A program made the position numbers and the translations under genes. From contig CDLV01000016.1 of assembly GCA_001244265.2 (NCBI GenBank), forward strand, positions 124,001 to 188,000: DNA of 64,000 nucleotides, read 5' to 3'. Origin of the DNA: Microbotryum violaceum. Lineage: Eukaryota. Each line of letters opens with the position of its first letter. Position 1 is the first letter of the stretch. The notes beneath the pieces were generated by a model, which ran no database searches, was not told the origin of the DNA, and was given only the letters and a program-made list of their open reading frames with translations. Shown in pieces: positions 37,660 through 49,664 of this stretch.

Positions 37660-38182
37660 ATTGAAAAATTCGTGCAATGAGATCTGCCAGTGGATGGTGG
37701 CATGCTTTGTCGTTCGGCCAAAGTGCAGCCTTGATTTCCGGCCATTCGCGAATGGAGTCGGACGTCACCGTGATGTACAGCACGGAGGCTTTCAGGCCTC
37801 AGGCGCTCAGGCCTCAGGCGCTCAAGAGCTCATGATCAAGCGCCAAGCGGAGCTCTGCTGTAGAAGCAATGTCATGCAAAGCCACGCGCTTTCCGTCCAT
37901 TAAATACAGTATAAGTGTGAACACTGTTTGATATCAACGAAAAAGTGAAGGAAAATACGGGGAACGCTGTAGCTTCGTTCGACTGGCACGAAAAATACAA
38001 AAGCTGCCACAGAGCTTGTGCATGACTTCTGATCGGAACATGGACACCACAGGCAGGTGCGGCAGACACAATAGTATGCTGGTTTATCCACTACAGGCGG
38101 CCCTCTAGGCCGCAACCTGCTCAAAAACAGCGATTTTAGGTACATTCTTTAACTCACCTTTTTTTATATGTAGAGGTAGTGA
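37660..38182 (-). mobile_element. Helitron remnant: 5' terminus plus Rep-domain fragment
   Basis: Minus strand begins TCACTACCTCTACATATAAAAAAAGG (TC start, Helitron-like). Downstream YITVTSDSIREWPEIKAALWPNDKACHHPLADLIARIF resembles the Helitron Rep segment FITxTCNPxWPEI...DRPDLxARVF. Confidence 0.55.
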
Positions 38183-38401
38183 CGGAGGAGAGTCCGAATG
38201 TAAGGCCCAGTGGCCCAGTCGTGTGGCCTTGCAAGTAACAGGATAAGAGTGTGTATTCCAAAGAATAAACTGATCAGAAGGGAAGAGATAGTCTACTTCC
38301 CGACAAGGCTTAAGGCCTAAGGCCAGACGCGCGTCAGGCCTTGAGTAACTGCGGAGTATTACAGTTGCCAGTGGATTATCGCCCGGATACGATCCATCCC
38401 A

Positions 38402-39805
38402 ATGTACGACCTTCCGTACGCAGCGAAATGTTCGATAATCAATATCTACTGCTACACGAAGATTCTCTACCATAATCGTTTCATCCCAGCTTCCAAGAGC
38501 GTCGTCAAGGAGATCGAGGACGCGGTCATGATCGCTATCCACGGTCGAGCCTCGGACGGATCTCAGAAACCCCCGAAGGTCTCTCGGCTGCGCCTCTGCA
38601 CCCCTCTCGACCACGGCGGCTTTGGCTTGATTGACTTACCTCGGCGCCTCGCGGTCGATCACGCCAAGTGGGTCTTTCATCTTCGGGACCCGGACGGCTG
38701 CTTCATTCGGCACCTCTTCGACATCCGCACTCGCCTTCAGGCGGCGAACGAACGCACCCCCTTTACCTTGCCCAAATCAGGCCCCAACCCACATCGTCGC
38801 TCGTGGGTCTGGATCTGGTGGGCCTACTTTTGCCACCCTCCTCCACAGTGGGAACGCGCAGTGAGGAAGACGAAGGCCCTGCTCCCTCCACGATGGATCC
38901 GCTTTTTCGAAGCCTGGGATTTGGTGACAACGCTGAACCCCCCCGAACTTTCCAAGAGCCCGAATCTGGAGCGGTGGGCAACACACGTCCTCTACTTCCC
39001 AGCAGGCCACGGAATCCGACTCTCGGTGAACCCGACGCTTTTCCGAGGACCCGATGGCGAGGTGATGACTCCGTCTTCGTTTGTGAACGCGTCCAAACGC
39101 CACCAAGCCTTCCTCTACCCTCCTATCCTCCCTCTCGGTCATCAGAGGGTTTTCTGTCTCCCCGAGCAACGCTGGAATGCCTGGTGGAAGGCGCTACGCA
39201 AGATTCGCAGGGTTCATTCGGACGCCGAAGACACGGCCCACCTCCTCTCCCTAGGTTCACTTCATCCAGGTAGCCAAATCGCTTCTCCGAATAGCCGTTC
39301 TCTCCACAATCGATCTACCGCATGTGTCATGTGCCTGTCGGAGGCTCCGGAGACCCTGGCACACCTTGCGGTCGGTTGCCCGTTTGCCCGCCGCCTCTGG
39401 TCTGCGCTCACTCCTATCCCACACCCCGACTTTGTTCAGTTCGTGTGCCCGGTCGTTTCTCGCTCGGAACGCCGACCCGTCGAGCTGCGTCTACTCTTCT
39501 TCCACGCGATCTGGAAGCTCTCTCGTCGCCGTCGATTTTCGTCGGATCCTCTGGAGCCGATCGCCGAAACGGCATTTGAGGAGCTCCGCGCGTCCATCCA
39601 GGAGTCCAAGGGACGACTGGTTTCGCTGTAACCGCCTAAGGGGGTTTTAGTGGGTATGGTTGATTTTGTTCCAAGGTCAACGAGTCCCACACTACTGGCC
39701 TCGCCAGTGTGCTTAACTGCATTCCCTCCGTCTTTTCCGAGGATTTTTAGGCATTAATATAGATATGCTGTTAATGAAATCTATTAGATAAAAAAAAAAA
39801 AAAAA
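38402..39805 (+). mobile_element. 5'-truncated L1/Tx1-like LINE (3' part of ORF2, 3' UTR, poly(A))
   Basis: Uninterrupted 409-aa ORF with KCSIINIY, PLDHGGFGLIDL and zinc finger CVMC..ETLAHLAVGC. A16 tail at 39790-39805. No TSD seen. Confidence 0.88.
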
Positions 39806-39868
39806 GACCATTTCAGGCATCCTCGGTCATCTTGCCGTTGAGGAAGGCGCAGTCGAAATCGAACTGTT

Positions 39869-40066
39869 AACACCCCAACGGCCGTTTCCAGCATCTCGAG
39901 CCAGGCATCCTACTACGCCTTACTCGACTCCAAGTGCTCCTGGTTCAACGCAAACGGGGGCATCGGGTGGTTCGCGCACATCTACTCCGATGACTCACTC
40001 CCGGGGTGGGGCTTGCTCAACAACGGCAATCTCAAGTTCCCCTTCGCGCCCAAGTCTTCGTGCTAG
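39869..40066 (+). pseudogene. Duplicated 3' fragment of the GH17-like gene
   Basis: Reverse complement of 60648-60845 (..YYALLDSKCSWFNANGGIGWFAHIYSD..PKSSC*), almost identical. Confidence 0.93.
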
Positions 40067-40252
40067 AGCATTCTATTATCTGTACTGGTCGTAGTTGTTG
40101 GGTAGTGGCGTAGCCTTCGATGTATTCCAGATATCACCTAATTTGAAGGTATCAGCTTCTATCCTGGGGCTTAGAAAACTCAGATAAATCCCATTTGGTC
40201 ATGAAGGTGTCCCGGCAGAAAATCACGAGACTGCCTCGACTTCCGATATAAT

Positions 40253-42630
40253 TTACTTGCAGGCGAAGGACGAGGCCTTGGTAGTGTCACCATCCATGTA
40301 GTAACCCAATTGGGGCCAGGGGCACATGAGGCGCTCAAAGGCCACACCCTGTCGCTTGTCGCCGTTGACGTAGTTGACACCGACGAGTGAATCGGGCGCC
40401 TGGTTCTTCTCGACCCATCGGATGAGCGCGAGGATCATATCGTGCTTGGCGGTGAAGTTCGCGCTCTGAAGGTTCCCCCCGAGGGAGATGTCACTTTGGC
40501 TGGCCTGACCGAGGTTGAACGCACTGTTGCCGCCCCCGCAGTGCGACATGCCCGGGATCGCGAAAAGACGAAACGATTCGTCGACGTTGCCGAGCTTGGC
40601 CTTGACGCGTTCATGGTACAGGAGCGACAAGCGCGCCGGGACGAGGCTATCGGCGAGACCGACATAAATCATGAGCTTGCCACGACTGAGGAATTTACTG
40701 ATGTCAGGGTTGTTGGCGTTCGTCTGTCCGGGGTCCCTGTCGTCAGCGTTCTTGAGGAGCTTCTCGAACTCGGCTTCCGAGTTGACAGTGAGGGGTTGCG
40801 GGCTCGTCTTGTTCAAGACTTGGTAACTGGGTGATATTCGGAGGCACCAGATCCGATCAGAGAGTGTGGAAGTACAAGGACAGGTGTAAGGTCAGACTCA
40901 CGTGAAATAATCGGGTGAAGGGCCATAGGGGATGCCGGGGGGGCCGTCGGCTCCGGCTAGCACACCAGGGAAGTAATTTGTTCCGCCTGGTCCGGTCGCA
41001 AGGCCGGTTGAGCTTTTCCAGTCGGCCCAAATCGTGTACATGGTCTCGATCTGGGCTTGGGACAAGCAGGTCGCCTTGTTCGCGCCTTTGGCCGAGCACA
41101 GCAAGCCCTCGAGCTTCGGCGAACACTTGGTCTGTTGTGATAACAAAAAGGACAAGAAAGAGCTAAGCGGTTTGCTCTTGCGGAGACAAGAAGAGGCGAG
41201 ATAGCTTACAGGGTCCGTAATGATGCCGTCCTTGAGCTTGTCCTGTCCGAGGACGTCACACTGTTCGAGCACTTCGATACCTATCGTCTTATAATTGGCC
41301 GCAGTCAGGAAGCCTGTCGAGCCGACCTTGTTGACGAAGGCATTACCTCGGTACGCATAACCGCTGTAGGAAGTAGATGAGTCAGAGGTGTTCGTCTCCC
41401 CATGGAGGTTTTCATCCGTAGAAAAAAAGACGCACTTGTAATCTGAAAGTCACAAACAGATCAACAGAGTTGCCTTTGTAGATCAGTACTTGTGCATCGT
41501 GACTGAAACGGGGCCTTTGGACTCACGTGACCACCAGTGAGGTGGGGCACCGATAAGGACACCCTCAAAGGTGTCGGCGTAGAGCTGGATCTCCTTGAGC
41601 CCCTGCCTGCCACCGCAGGAGCAACCTGAGCGGTTCGGAGCGGTCATTAAACTCGAAGGACCGTCAGCAGCTGGAACAGGGGCGTTAAGACGTTCTATTC
41701 AGAGCCACTCACCAATCCAGTAGTTGTACTTGGCTCCGTCGCCACCGTAGTAGGTTCTGATAAGCTTCTTGGAGTAGGTCGCCGTCAGGTGCACGGCTCG
41801 GTGGCCGAAGTCGATCTGGCTCTGGGGGTTCGAGATGGCGAAGGTACCGTCGAAGGGCGCGCCGTTGTGACCGGTATTGGTGGAGGCGACGGCAAGGTGG
41901 TCTGTAGACAATTACAGAGAAGGATCGAAGAGAGGGGCTATCAGTACTGAGCCCATGGAGCCTAGGAGTTCGTGGAAGGAAGAGGAGACTGACACTTGGT
42001 CAAGGGGACGCTCATGTCGGGGTAGTTGACACTACCGGCGTCACCTCCGTTTCCGACCATGGCGAATCGTCTAGACCAGTCATCGGGCATCCAAACTTCG
42101 AAATAGACCTGCACAAGTTCGCGAGTGCCGGAGAGGTAAGCCAGCGTCCGGGGGTGGTGTTCGCGAGCATGTGGATACCCGTCGTACCTTGGACTGGGAC
42201 GAGGTCTTGATCTCGGCACCGAATCGGCAGAAAGCAGCGGACCCGGCTACGAGGTCATTGTAGGGGCGAGAGGCGATAGAAAGGGCCAAAGCGACCAGCT
42301 CGAAGTGTCAGCTGAGGTATTGTGCAAAGGTAGCGCAGGCCAGGGGTGTGCGAAAAACGGGTGAACATCCTGCCGGTCGGTCAGCGGCCATTGAGTCAAC
42401 TCACGGCCAGCGGGGCTGACAGGAGTGTTAGCACCGTGGTACTCCGTCACGTTGATGGTCATGTCGGTCATCTGGACAATCGCCATGTTGGCGCATCGAG
42501 TGCTGAAGTCGGCGTCCCCGACGTGAGCCGACCTGCCATGACGCCGAGTACGTGCGTTGACGCCGGTGAGGCAAAGTGCGACCACCGCCGCCGCGGTTAG
42601 GAAACTTGGCGAAGTGCCAAAACCGACCAT
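40253..42630 (-). CDS. Secreted tannase/feruloyl esterase family protein, paralogue 2 (spliced; first acceptor altered)
   Basis: Same exon structure; GCSCGGRQG, GLADSLV, MSHCGGG. Intron-1 acceptor reads TATCG instead of TACAG, with an in-frame AG 27 nt downstream. Confidence 0.85.
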
Positions 42631-43294
42631 GAATGTTTGTCGAACCGAAGCGGATCTGGGAGATGGAGAAGAAAGAGAGGAGGGACTGGTTCATCTCGGA
42701 TCAGGTCAATATCCTCTATTCGTTTTCCCTAGACTATCGCAGCTATTTTGAGCGTCCCCTCTACCGACGGCGCTGGCTGCTTGCAGAAGGTGTGATGGAG
42801 TGCGCCGGGGCCTTGTGTGCGGACGGACCGCCCGTTCGTTGGCGGAGAGAACCAAGCTGTTATGGGCGTATCCTGAGGCTCTCCGTTAACGCGGCTGTGT
42901 GGGGCGCAGTCTCCGCGAACGGCCGGCGTTTCATAGCACGACCCCCTCCCCCCCCTGAAACGGGATCGTCACGGATCGTCACGGTATCCTCCGTTGCTTT
43001 CTAAGAGTCGGTGAAGAAGGGGGGGCATAGGGGGGTCCCCCCCCCTGAAACTCGTCCGTTGTCAACGCCCTCATTTTCAGGAGATAGCGCTGCTGTTCGC
43101 CAGCCACGTTGTTGTGGGAAATTAGTAAAGGGTCAGCGGTCCAGAGGGACTTGTGGCATTGGGAAGTTGGCGCGCGCGTGGCGCGGCGCCGGATGGAGGC
43201 AGATGGCGATGTGGCGTATTGATTGGACTCAGAGGTGGCTTGCACGCGGATACTATCTAAGGCTCTGGTCTCGTTCACTCTCTCCTTCTTCTTT

Positions 43295-43471
43295 AACACA
43301 CACTCGATATCTATCTCGCCCATTCGCCTGCTACAAGTTGATTGACCTTGGCGATACTCTATCTCACAATAGGTTAGTTGTAATACATTTAAACACACAC
43401 TCGATATCTATCTCGCCCATTCGCCTGCTACAAGTTGATTGACCTTGGCAATACTCTATCTCACAATAGGT
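43295..43471. repeat. Near-perfect ~80-bp direct duplication (period 97 bp)
   Basis: AACACACACTCGATATCTATCTCGCC...CTCACAATAGGT at 43295 and 43392. Confidence 0.9.
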
Positions 43472-43700
43472 CATCTATCAACGCCGTGTAGCTACAGTGA
43501 ATCTTCATTCATTCATTGGTACTCCAAGTCCAAATCCACAACACACGTGCTCCTTCCCGCCCTAGCCATCGCTAGCGCATTTCAATCAGACAGTGGCAGG
43601 CAGTTAGTTAGGGGGCATGCCCAGAGTTCCGAGAGTCCCTGGCTAGTCGGCTTTGCACCAAACGCTCGCAGTCGCGTCTCGCAGGGTTGCAACATTCGAC

Positions 43701-44020
43701 CACCTTGAGCAGACAAAAGAAGGGACGATCTCAATCGCGCCGCGCAGCGGCAGCCAACAAAGCGGGGCGCTGGCGGTGTCGAGGCAGGGCTAACTTTGCC
43801 AACTTCAGGCGCGTGTGCGCGCTTGAGGCCCGCTTGCGGCCCGACTAGGCATGAAGTTGGCGAAGTTAGCAGAGGCGTGGGGAAAGTTGTAAAGCGCGCA
43901 GGGGTTTGACTTTCACCCAACTGCTTGCCGTCGTTGCTTTATAACCCCTTTTAACTTTTTTTGTAGCGGTCCCAGCCAACCCGAAGGATTGCAATTTATG
44001 AGCCCCAGTCAAAAACAAAC
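43701..44020 (+). mobile_element. Solo KDZ-type terminus and adjacent repeat DNA
   Basis: CACCTTGAGCAGACAAAAGAAGGGACGATCTCAATCGCGCC matches the reverse complement of ~7290-7338. 43894-44020 recurs in direct orientation at ~57222-57400. Confidence 0.6.
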
Positions 44021-45311
44021 AAAAAATGTATATGTTTGCCTTTGTGTGCTCCAGCGTCTGACGATTGGGCTGACACGGGTGTGTGCAGTCATTGGGAAGA
44101 CGGGGTCACAGGGGTTGCTGGAGGCCGGCGTGGTTCCGCCTGTTCCCATTTGGACCCGGAGAACATTCTCGACCTGCCCGATTAAAGTCGATTTCATGCG
44201 GCGGTCCGGGAGGGGCTTTTTACCGGTCGCATGTACGCCAAAGAATATCCCACGCAACTCCCCGTGACTGTCGATGAGCACCCTGGGCGACTTGCACAAG
44301 GATATTCCACGCTGGGGAGTGGGCACCCTGGGTGAAGGTGATCTATGTGTGATTGTCTGCACCGTCGAGGGTCCCCCTGGGAGGTACAGTCCTCCCGCAA
44401 ACCTTTTGTGCATATTGCCTGGGCCTGGTGTAGTTTCCCTGTCTGATGTTCGGCAGATGACACGCCAGAGCACGCCCCCGCCAACAGTCCGCAGTCCTAG
44501 GCGGGTCATCGCCTCCCCTGTCAAGCGTTCGGGAATTTTGGGCTTGAACTCATCCTCGTGACCATCGGTGCTCCACAAGTCAATATTTAGCTTGGCGTCC
44601 ATTGCCACTGAACCTTTTATACGGGCTGACGGGTTTGGTTACTTGGCGTTCAACAGTCACTGACAACAACAAGAATCCGGTCCACGCGCAGGCAAAAGAT
44701 GTTGCCGACAAGGATCATGAATGAAGTCTCTTCGGAACGCGCGGCTGGCTCCCACCGCAGGGCCGGGAAGGCTCATGCTTGATTGTCTCAAGCGAATGGT
44801 GAGGAAAGACCTTGTTTAGATAACGCAAACGAAAATAGACATGTCTGAATGAGGATAGACAGAGAAGAAGTTTGGAATGAAATGCAGTCGAAATCGAATG
44901 AAATGTGGGTTTTATTTTGTCGTTAAAAGTTTCTAGCCTTGTCTTGCGGTGGTTATTCGCTTGCGGCTAAGTAGGAGGTAGTGCCTATCCTCGGGCCATA
45001 GTTGTGAGTGTGAATTTGTAGAGGGCACTGGAGGTTCAGGGACTCGTCGCGGCCCCGCGGTGCGTTAATGAGCGATTGATCAGGAATTGGCCTCTCCTTC
45101 GGCGTTCTTGTTGGCGAGCCGCCTGCTGGAATTGTCCGAAATGCCCCGAAACAGCCAAGAAGCGAGCACAGGAGAGCAAAGGCGGCGGTTGACACGTTGA
45201 CAGGCTAGTCGCAACGTGCTTCTCTCTCCTCTTCCGCCGACAACGACGCCGAAGTGAACATTTTCAAAATCCGAGAAGCCCTCATCAAAAACTCCTCTTC
45301 ATATCATCATC

Positions 45312-46737
45312 ATGGTCTCATTCCCTTCCCGGAATTTGGGGGTCGTCATGGTCAACTCACCGCCGATCCTCAATTCGCCCGCTATCGCGTCGAATGGGAC
45401 GCGTATCGCAAGCACCTGGTCGAACTCGAAAGGGATGGACCTCTCCGACCGGTAAGTTTTCATTTACATACTGATCGCTTGCTGCATTGCAGACCTGATG
45501 CTGATGTCTGTGTCACCTTCACAGCCGCCTCTGAAGCCTTGCCGAGTGGAGTCGGGCGCACGGCCCGCCGCGAATGAGGTCACCATGCTCGACCTGACCT
45601 CGTCGCCTCCAAAAAAATTGCCAACAAAGCGAATCCCTCAAGCCCTCTCTCGACATACAAAGGGCTCGACTTCAGCGAAGGGCGCGGCGACCACCGCGCA
45701 GATTGTCAAGGTCCTTGACTATCAAAAACGGCACAAGTTGACGCTCACGGTCATCGTCAAGTATTTTAACGATTCGCCAAACCACCGAGACATCCCGATC
45801 CTGAGCCAGCCAAAGCTCACGCAATGGCGCAAAAAGGAAGACGAGTCTCGCGCCCTTCTCCGAGTCGAAAGCGGTCAAGGAAGCACGAGGCGCAACAACA
45901 GCGTCATGCACCCGAACCTGGAAAAGGCGCTGGCAATCTGGTGTACTCAATCTCTTGAGCAGAACACCACCATCACCACCGACGTATTGCGCCTGAAAGG
46001 TCAACAACTTGCCGACAAACTCGAGATTCGGGATTACGCCCGCCTTTTCGAACGGCTGGCTTCAGGGCTTTAAGAAAAGGTACTCGCGTGATTCTTGTTC
46101 CAGTCAGCCGTTCTGCATTGTCTAAATCTCCTCTTTGTGAATTTAGACACAATCTTCGCTCTTACAAGTTCCATGGCGAAGGCGAGAAGCTGAGGTCGAT
46201 GCGAAAACGCTCGAAGAGGAGCGCAAAAGAGTCGTCGATCTTACGAACAAGTACGACCCAAGTGATATCTTCAACATGGACGAACCCGGTCTCTTCTACG
46301 CTATGCGTCCGTCTACGGGCCTTGCTCGGAACGGTCAAAATGGTGTCAAGATGAATAAGACTCGCATCACCTTCGCTTTCACGGTCAACGCCGACGGATC
46401 GGAGCGGCTCCCTCCCTTCATCGTTGGTCGCGCGGCGAAGCCTCGTAGCTTCAACGAAAAACCAGCCGGCTACTAAAAGCATTACTCTCGATCGAACAAG
46501 AAGGCGTGGATGACTGGCGAGCTTTACGTCGAATGGTTGAAAATCCGGGATCTCGAGCTTCGCAGCAAGGGCCAAAAAGTGCAACTCTGGCTCGATAACT
46601 TCTCGGGATACAGGGATGTCACCAACATCGAATTTCATTACTTTGCACCCAATATGACGTCAAGAATCCAGCCGCTCGATCAAGGAATCATTGCGAACTT
46701 CAAGAAACTATCGCAGAAGGTGAATCCCGAGGTCTGA
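45312..46737 (+). pseudogene. pogo/Fot1/Tigger-type (CENP-B HTH + DDE_1) transposase, degenerate and 3'-truncated
   Basis: HPNLEKALAIW, (F)SNGWLQGFKKR|HNLRSYKFHGE, DIFNMDEPGLFY, NADGSERLP, KKAWMT, WLDNFSG, PNMTSRIQPLDQGIIANFK. Frameshifts and a TAA at ~46474. Confidence 0.92.
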
Positions 46738-46739
46738 GA

Positions 46740-47620
46740 TTCAGGCGCAATACGTCGGTGGTGATGGTGGTGTTCTGCTCAAGAGATTGAGTACACCAGA
46801 TTGCCAGCGCCTTTTCCAGGTTCGGGTGCATGACGCTGTTGTTGCGCCTCGTGCTTCCTTGACCGCTTTCGACTCGGAGAAGGGCGCGAGACTCGTCTTC
46901 CTTTTTGCGCCATTGCGTGAGCTTTGGCTGGCTCAGGATCGGGATGTCTCGGTGGTTTGGCGAATCGTTAAAATACTTGACGATGACCGTGAGCGTCAAC
47001 TTGTGCCGTTTTTGATAGTCAAGGACCTTGACAATCTGCGCGGTGGTCGCCGCGCCCTTCGCTGAAGTCGAGCCCTTTGTATGTCGAGAGAGGGCTTGAG
47101 GGATTCGCTTTGTTGGCAATTTTTTTGGAGGCGACGAGGTCAGGTCGAGCATGGTGACCTCATTCGCGGCGGGCCGTGCGCCCGACTCCACTCGGCAAGG
47201 CTTCAGAGGCGGCTGTGAAGGTGACACAGACATCAGCATCAGGTCTGCAATGCAGCAAGCGATCAGTATGTAAATGAAAACTTACCGGTCGGAGAGGTCC
47301 ATCCCTTTCGAGTTCGACCAGGTGCTTGCGATACGCGTCCCATTCGACGCGATAGCGGGCGAATTGAGGATCGGCGGTGAGTTGACCATGACGACCCCCA
47401 AATTCCGGGAAGGGAATGAGACCATGATGATGATATGAAGAGGAGTTTTTGATGAGGGCTTCTCGGATTTTGAAAATGTTCACTTCGGCGTCGTTGTCGG
47501 CGGAAGAGGAGAGAGAAGCACGTTGCGACTAGCCTGTCAACGTGTCAACCGCCGCCTTTGCTCTCCTGTGCTCGCTTCTTGGCTGTTTCGGGGCATTTCG
47601 GACAATTCCAGCAGGCGGCT
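46740..47620 (-). repeat. 881-bp inverted copy of 45117-45997 (5' part of the pogo-type gene)
   Basis: Both arms are 881 bp. ORF-track translations are identical (45254/47483; 45498/47239 up to the breakpoint). Confidence 0.95.
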
Positions 47621-49664
47621 AAGCTCGGAACCCTCCACTCTGACACTCTGCGGAGGGGCTTGTACCTTGTCGGCGCGTTTGGCGGAGTTGCCTATCGAAA
47701 TTTGGCCCAGAAAAGTACCACCTTGCTGTAGCATGGCAAACAAAAACAACCTATACAATCGTTGCAAAAGACTTACTCTTATGCTATTTTTTCGAGCATA
47801 TACCCCAAGGGAACGCTCTTGGGAATCCTATTCATTGAGCTACAGGGGTGAGAAGTCGTTATTTTCGACTTGGAGCTGGCTCGCGCACGGACCCAGAGGG
47901 ACGGTTCTTCGCGCCGACGTGAATCAGCCAGCCGGGCCTCACCGGTCTCACCTTCGGTCCACAACGCCAGTCCACGACGTCACTACCGCCCTCATGATCC
48001 ACCATACCCGTACAAACGCCAACGCCTGTCAAGGGCACACCTCGTCGGTCTCATCGATTGAGCTCAGAGAATCGCCCTTACGATCTGCTTCGAGGGCAAA
48101 GCCAACGACATCGAGGGACCATCAATCAACGAACACAACCCCCGAACTGCCTACCCCTCGCTCTCGGGCTGCTCTCGGGCTGCTCACTGGAGATCACAAT
48201 TAACTCAAGAAGATCGCGTTGACCCGATTGAGTTACGCAAGAAGCTCAGACTCCTCTTGGTCGACAAATTTGGCGAGGACTTCGTCCCCCGGCCGGTGCA
48301 AATCCGCCGGACTTTTTCAGCTCGAGCGGTTCAAGACTCGAAATCAGTATGACGCTGTGTTCGTCATTGCTCCAACGGGTTCAGGGAAGAGCTTGATTTT
48401 TCAAGCCAACGTCGTCAACCGATCGTTCGCTCCACATGCGAGAGCCATGAGACCGTTACGATGCTGCATAGCATTATTTCTTCGGTTACACGCGAAGGCG
48501 GTCTGACCCATTATCGAGCGACAAAGCTGCGGCAAGTCAATAAATGCCATCATCAATTTGACTTTGACCAAGGGGCTGAGCTCAGGCAATAATTACGCAC
48601 AAATGATACATGTTGCTCCTTGAAACACCCCCGTTCTGCATCCGACCCAGAGCTATCCTCTTGAGCGTCCTCCATGTCAACGTCCGTATAATCCGAGCTG
48701 AGTTTGTCGCAGTTTGATTCTTCGACTGGTGTGGGTCTCCGCAGTGAGACAACAGGTTGCGGATGCGTCCACTGATGAAAGAGTTGCTTTCGACTATTGC
48801 GTCAAGACGTGCGTCAATCTGATCAGATGCCAAGACTTCGGGAGCCATGTCGTGGCTGGAGACGAAGGCGGATTTGGTTCGTTTCATCTCTTTCACAATG
48901 ATTGAGTCAGATTGTACAAGTAGGATGCAAGTGTTTAAGAGGCCTTGCCGCGGTCTTGTATCCTGATCTGATATGCTGGAGTGTTACCCATCTGGTTGGC
49001 GATCCAATTATTGATTCGGCCTCGTGCGTCTGGGCCATCTTCGCGGGCGAGTTGGAGTTGTATAATGAGATCAAGTACATGCTTGAGCTGGGTCCAATTA
49101 CTGTTGAAGAGCTTTGGCCTATGATTGTGAACACCATCGTGTTGTATTGATGGGCTGAAATACCACAAGAGGTATTGACATAGTGAGAGCTTATGAAGCC
49201 GAAACCGAGCAAATAGATTCGCCTGACGGCGGCGATCCTGGCGAGTCGTCGAGCCATAGCGTCAGCGGTTGCGCGGCATTCTGAGATAAGCCCGATGTTG
49301 CACTGAGAACAAGCGAAGAGCATAGTACCGAGAAGACGAGTGATGCGGAATGGGACGGGAGAGAAACCGATGCGCACACGCCGAAGTGCGCAAGCCGGCG
49401 GCTGCAGCAGCGTGCTGCCGCTCGGACCACTCGGGACCAGATTGACCAAATTGACACACTTCAGATCATTATAACTTCGCCTACAGATGGGGAATCCTCT
49501 TGCCCATTCTTTTTAGTAGAAGATCAATAATACGTCTGCGTTTTGGATAATTGCAAGTACTTGCCACGCTACAGAGAACCACCCCAAAATGGCCCTGAAA
49601 TTTCGGAGGGCAACTGGGCCAGGCGCGCCGATAAGTCCTAAGCCCCTCCCAGAAGGAGGGCTTA
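47620..49664. mobile_element. Non-autonomous AcademH-type element, copy 2 (2045 bp)
   Basis: Termini TAAGC...GCTTA with ~100-bp interrupted TIRs. + strand RecQ-like stump (RPVQ, VIAPTGSGKSLIFQ) fused at ~48420 to a - strand stump AFACNRRNNAMQHRNGLMALACGANDRL, which resembles fungal Academ (DUF6589-type) transposase N-termini. No TSD found. Confidence 0.78.

Larger units (their letters stand above)
39869..43110 (-). repeat. Left arm of a ~3.3-kb inverted segmental duplication (partner ~57490-60845)
   Basis: GH17 tail, intergenic DNA, tannase gene and ~480 bp of upstream DNA are collinear in inverted orientation. Confidence 0.88.

Noticed and set aside
38182-38401. 5'-inverted (twin-primed) part of the LINE, or a solo LTR starting TGTAAGGCCC
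   Set aside because: No convincing RT motifs on the minus strand, and no second LTR, PBS or TSD. Left unassigned.
44009-44608. 199-aa minus-strand ORF
   Set aside because: Non-ATG start call, no motif, lies in TE debris; cannot be supported as a gene.
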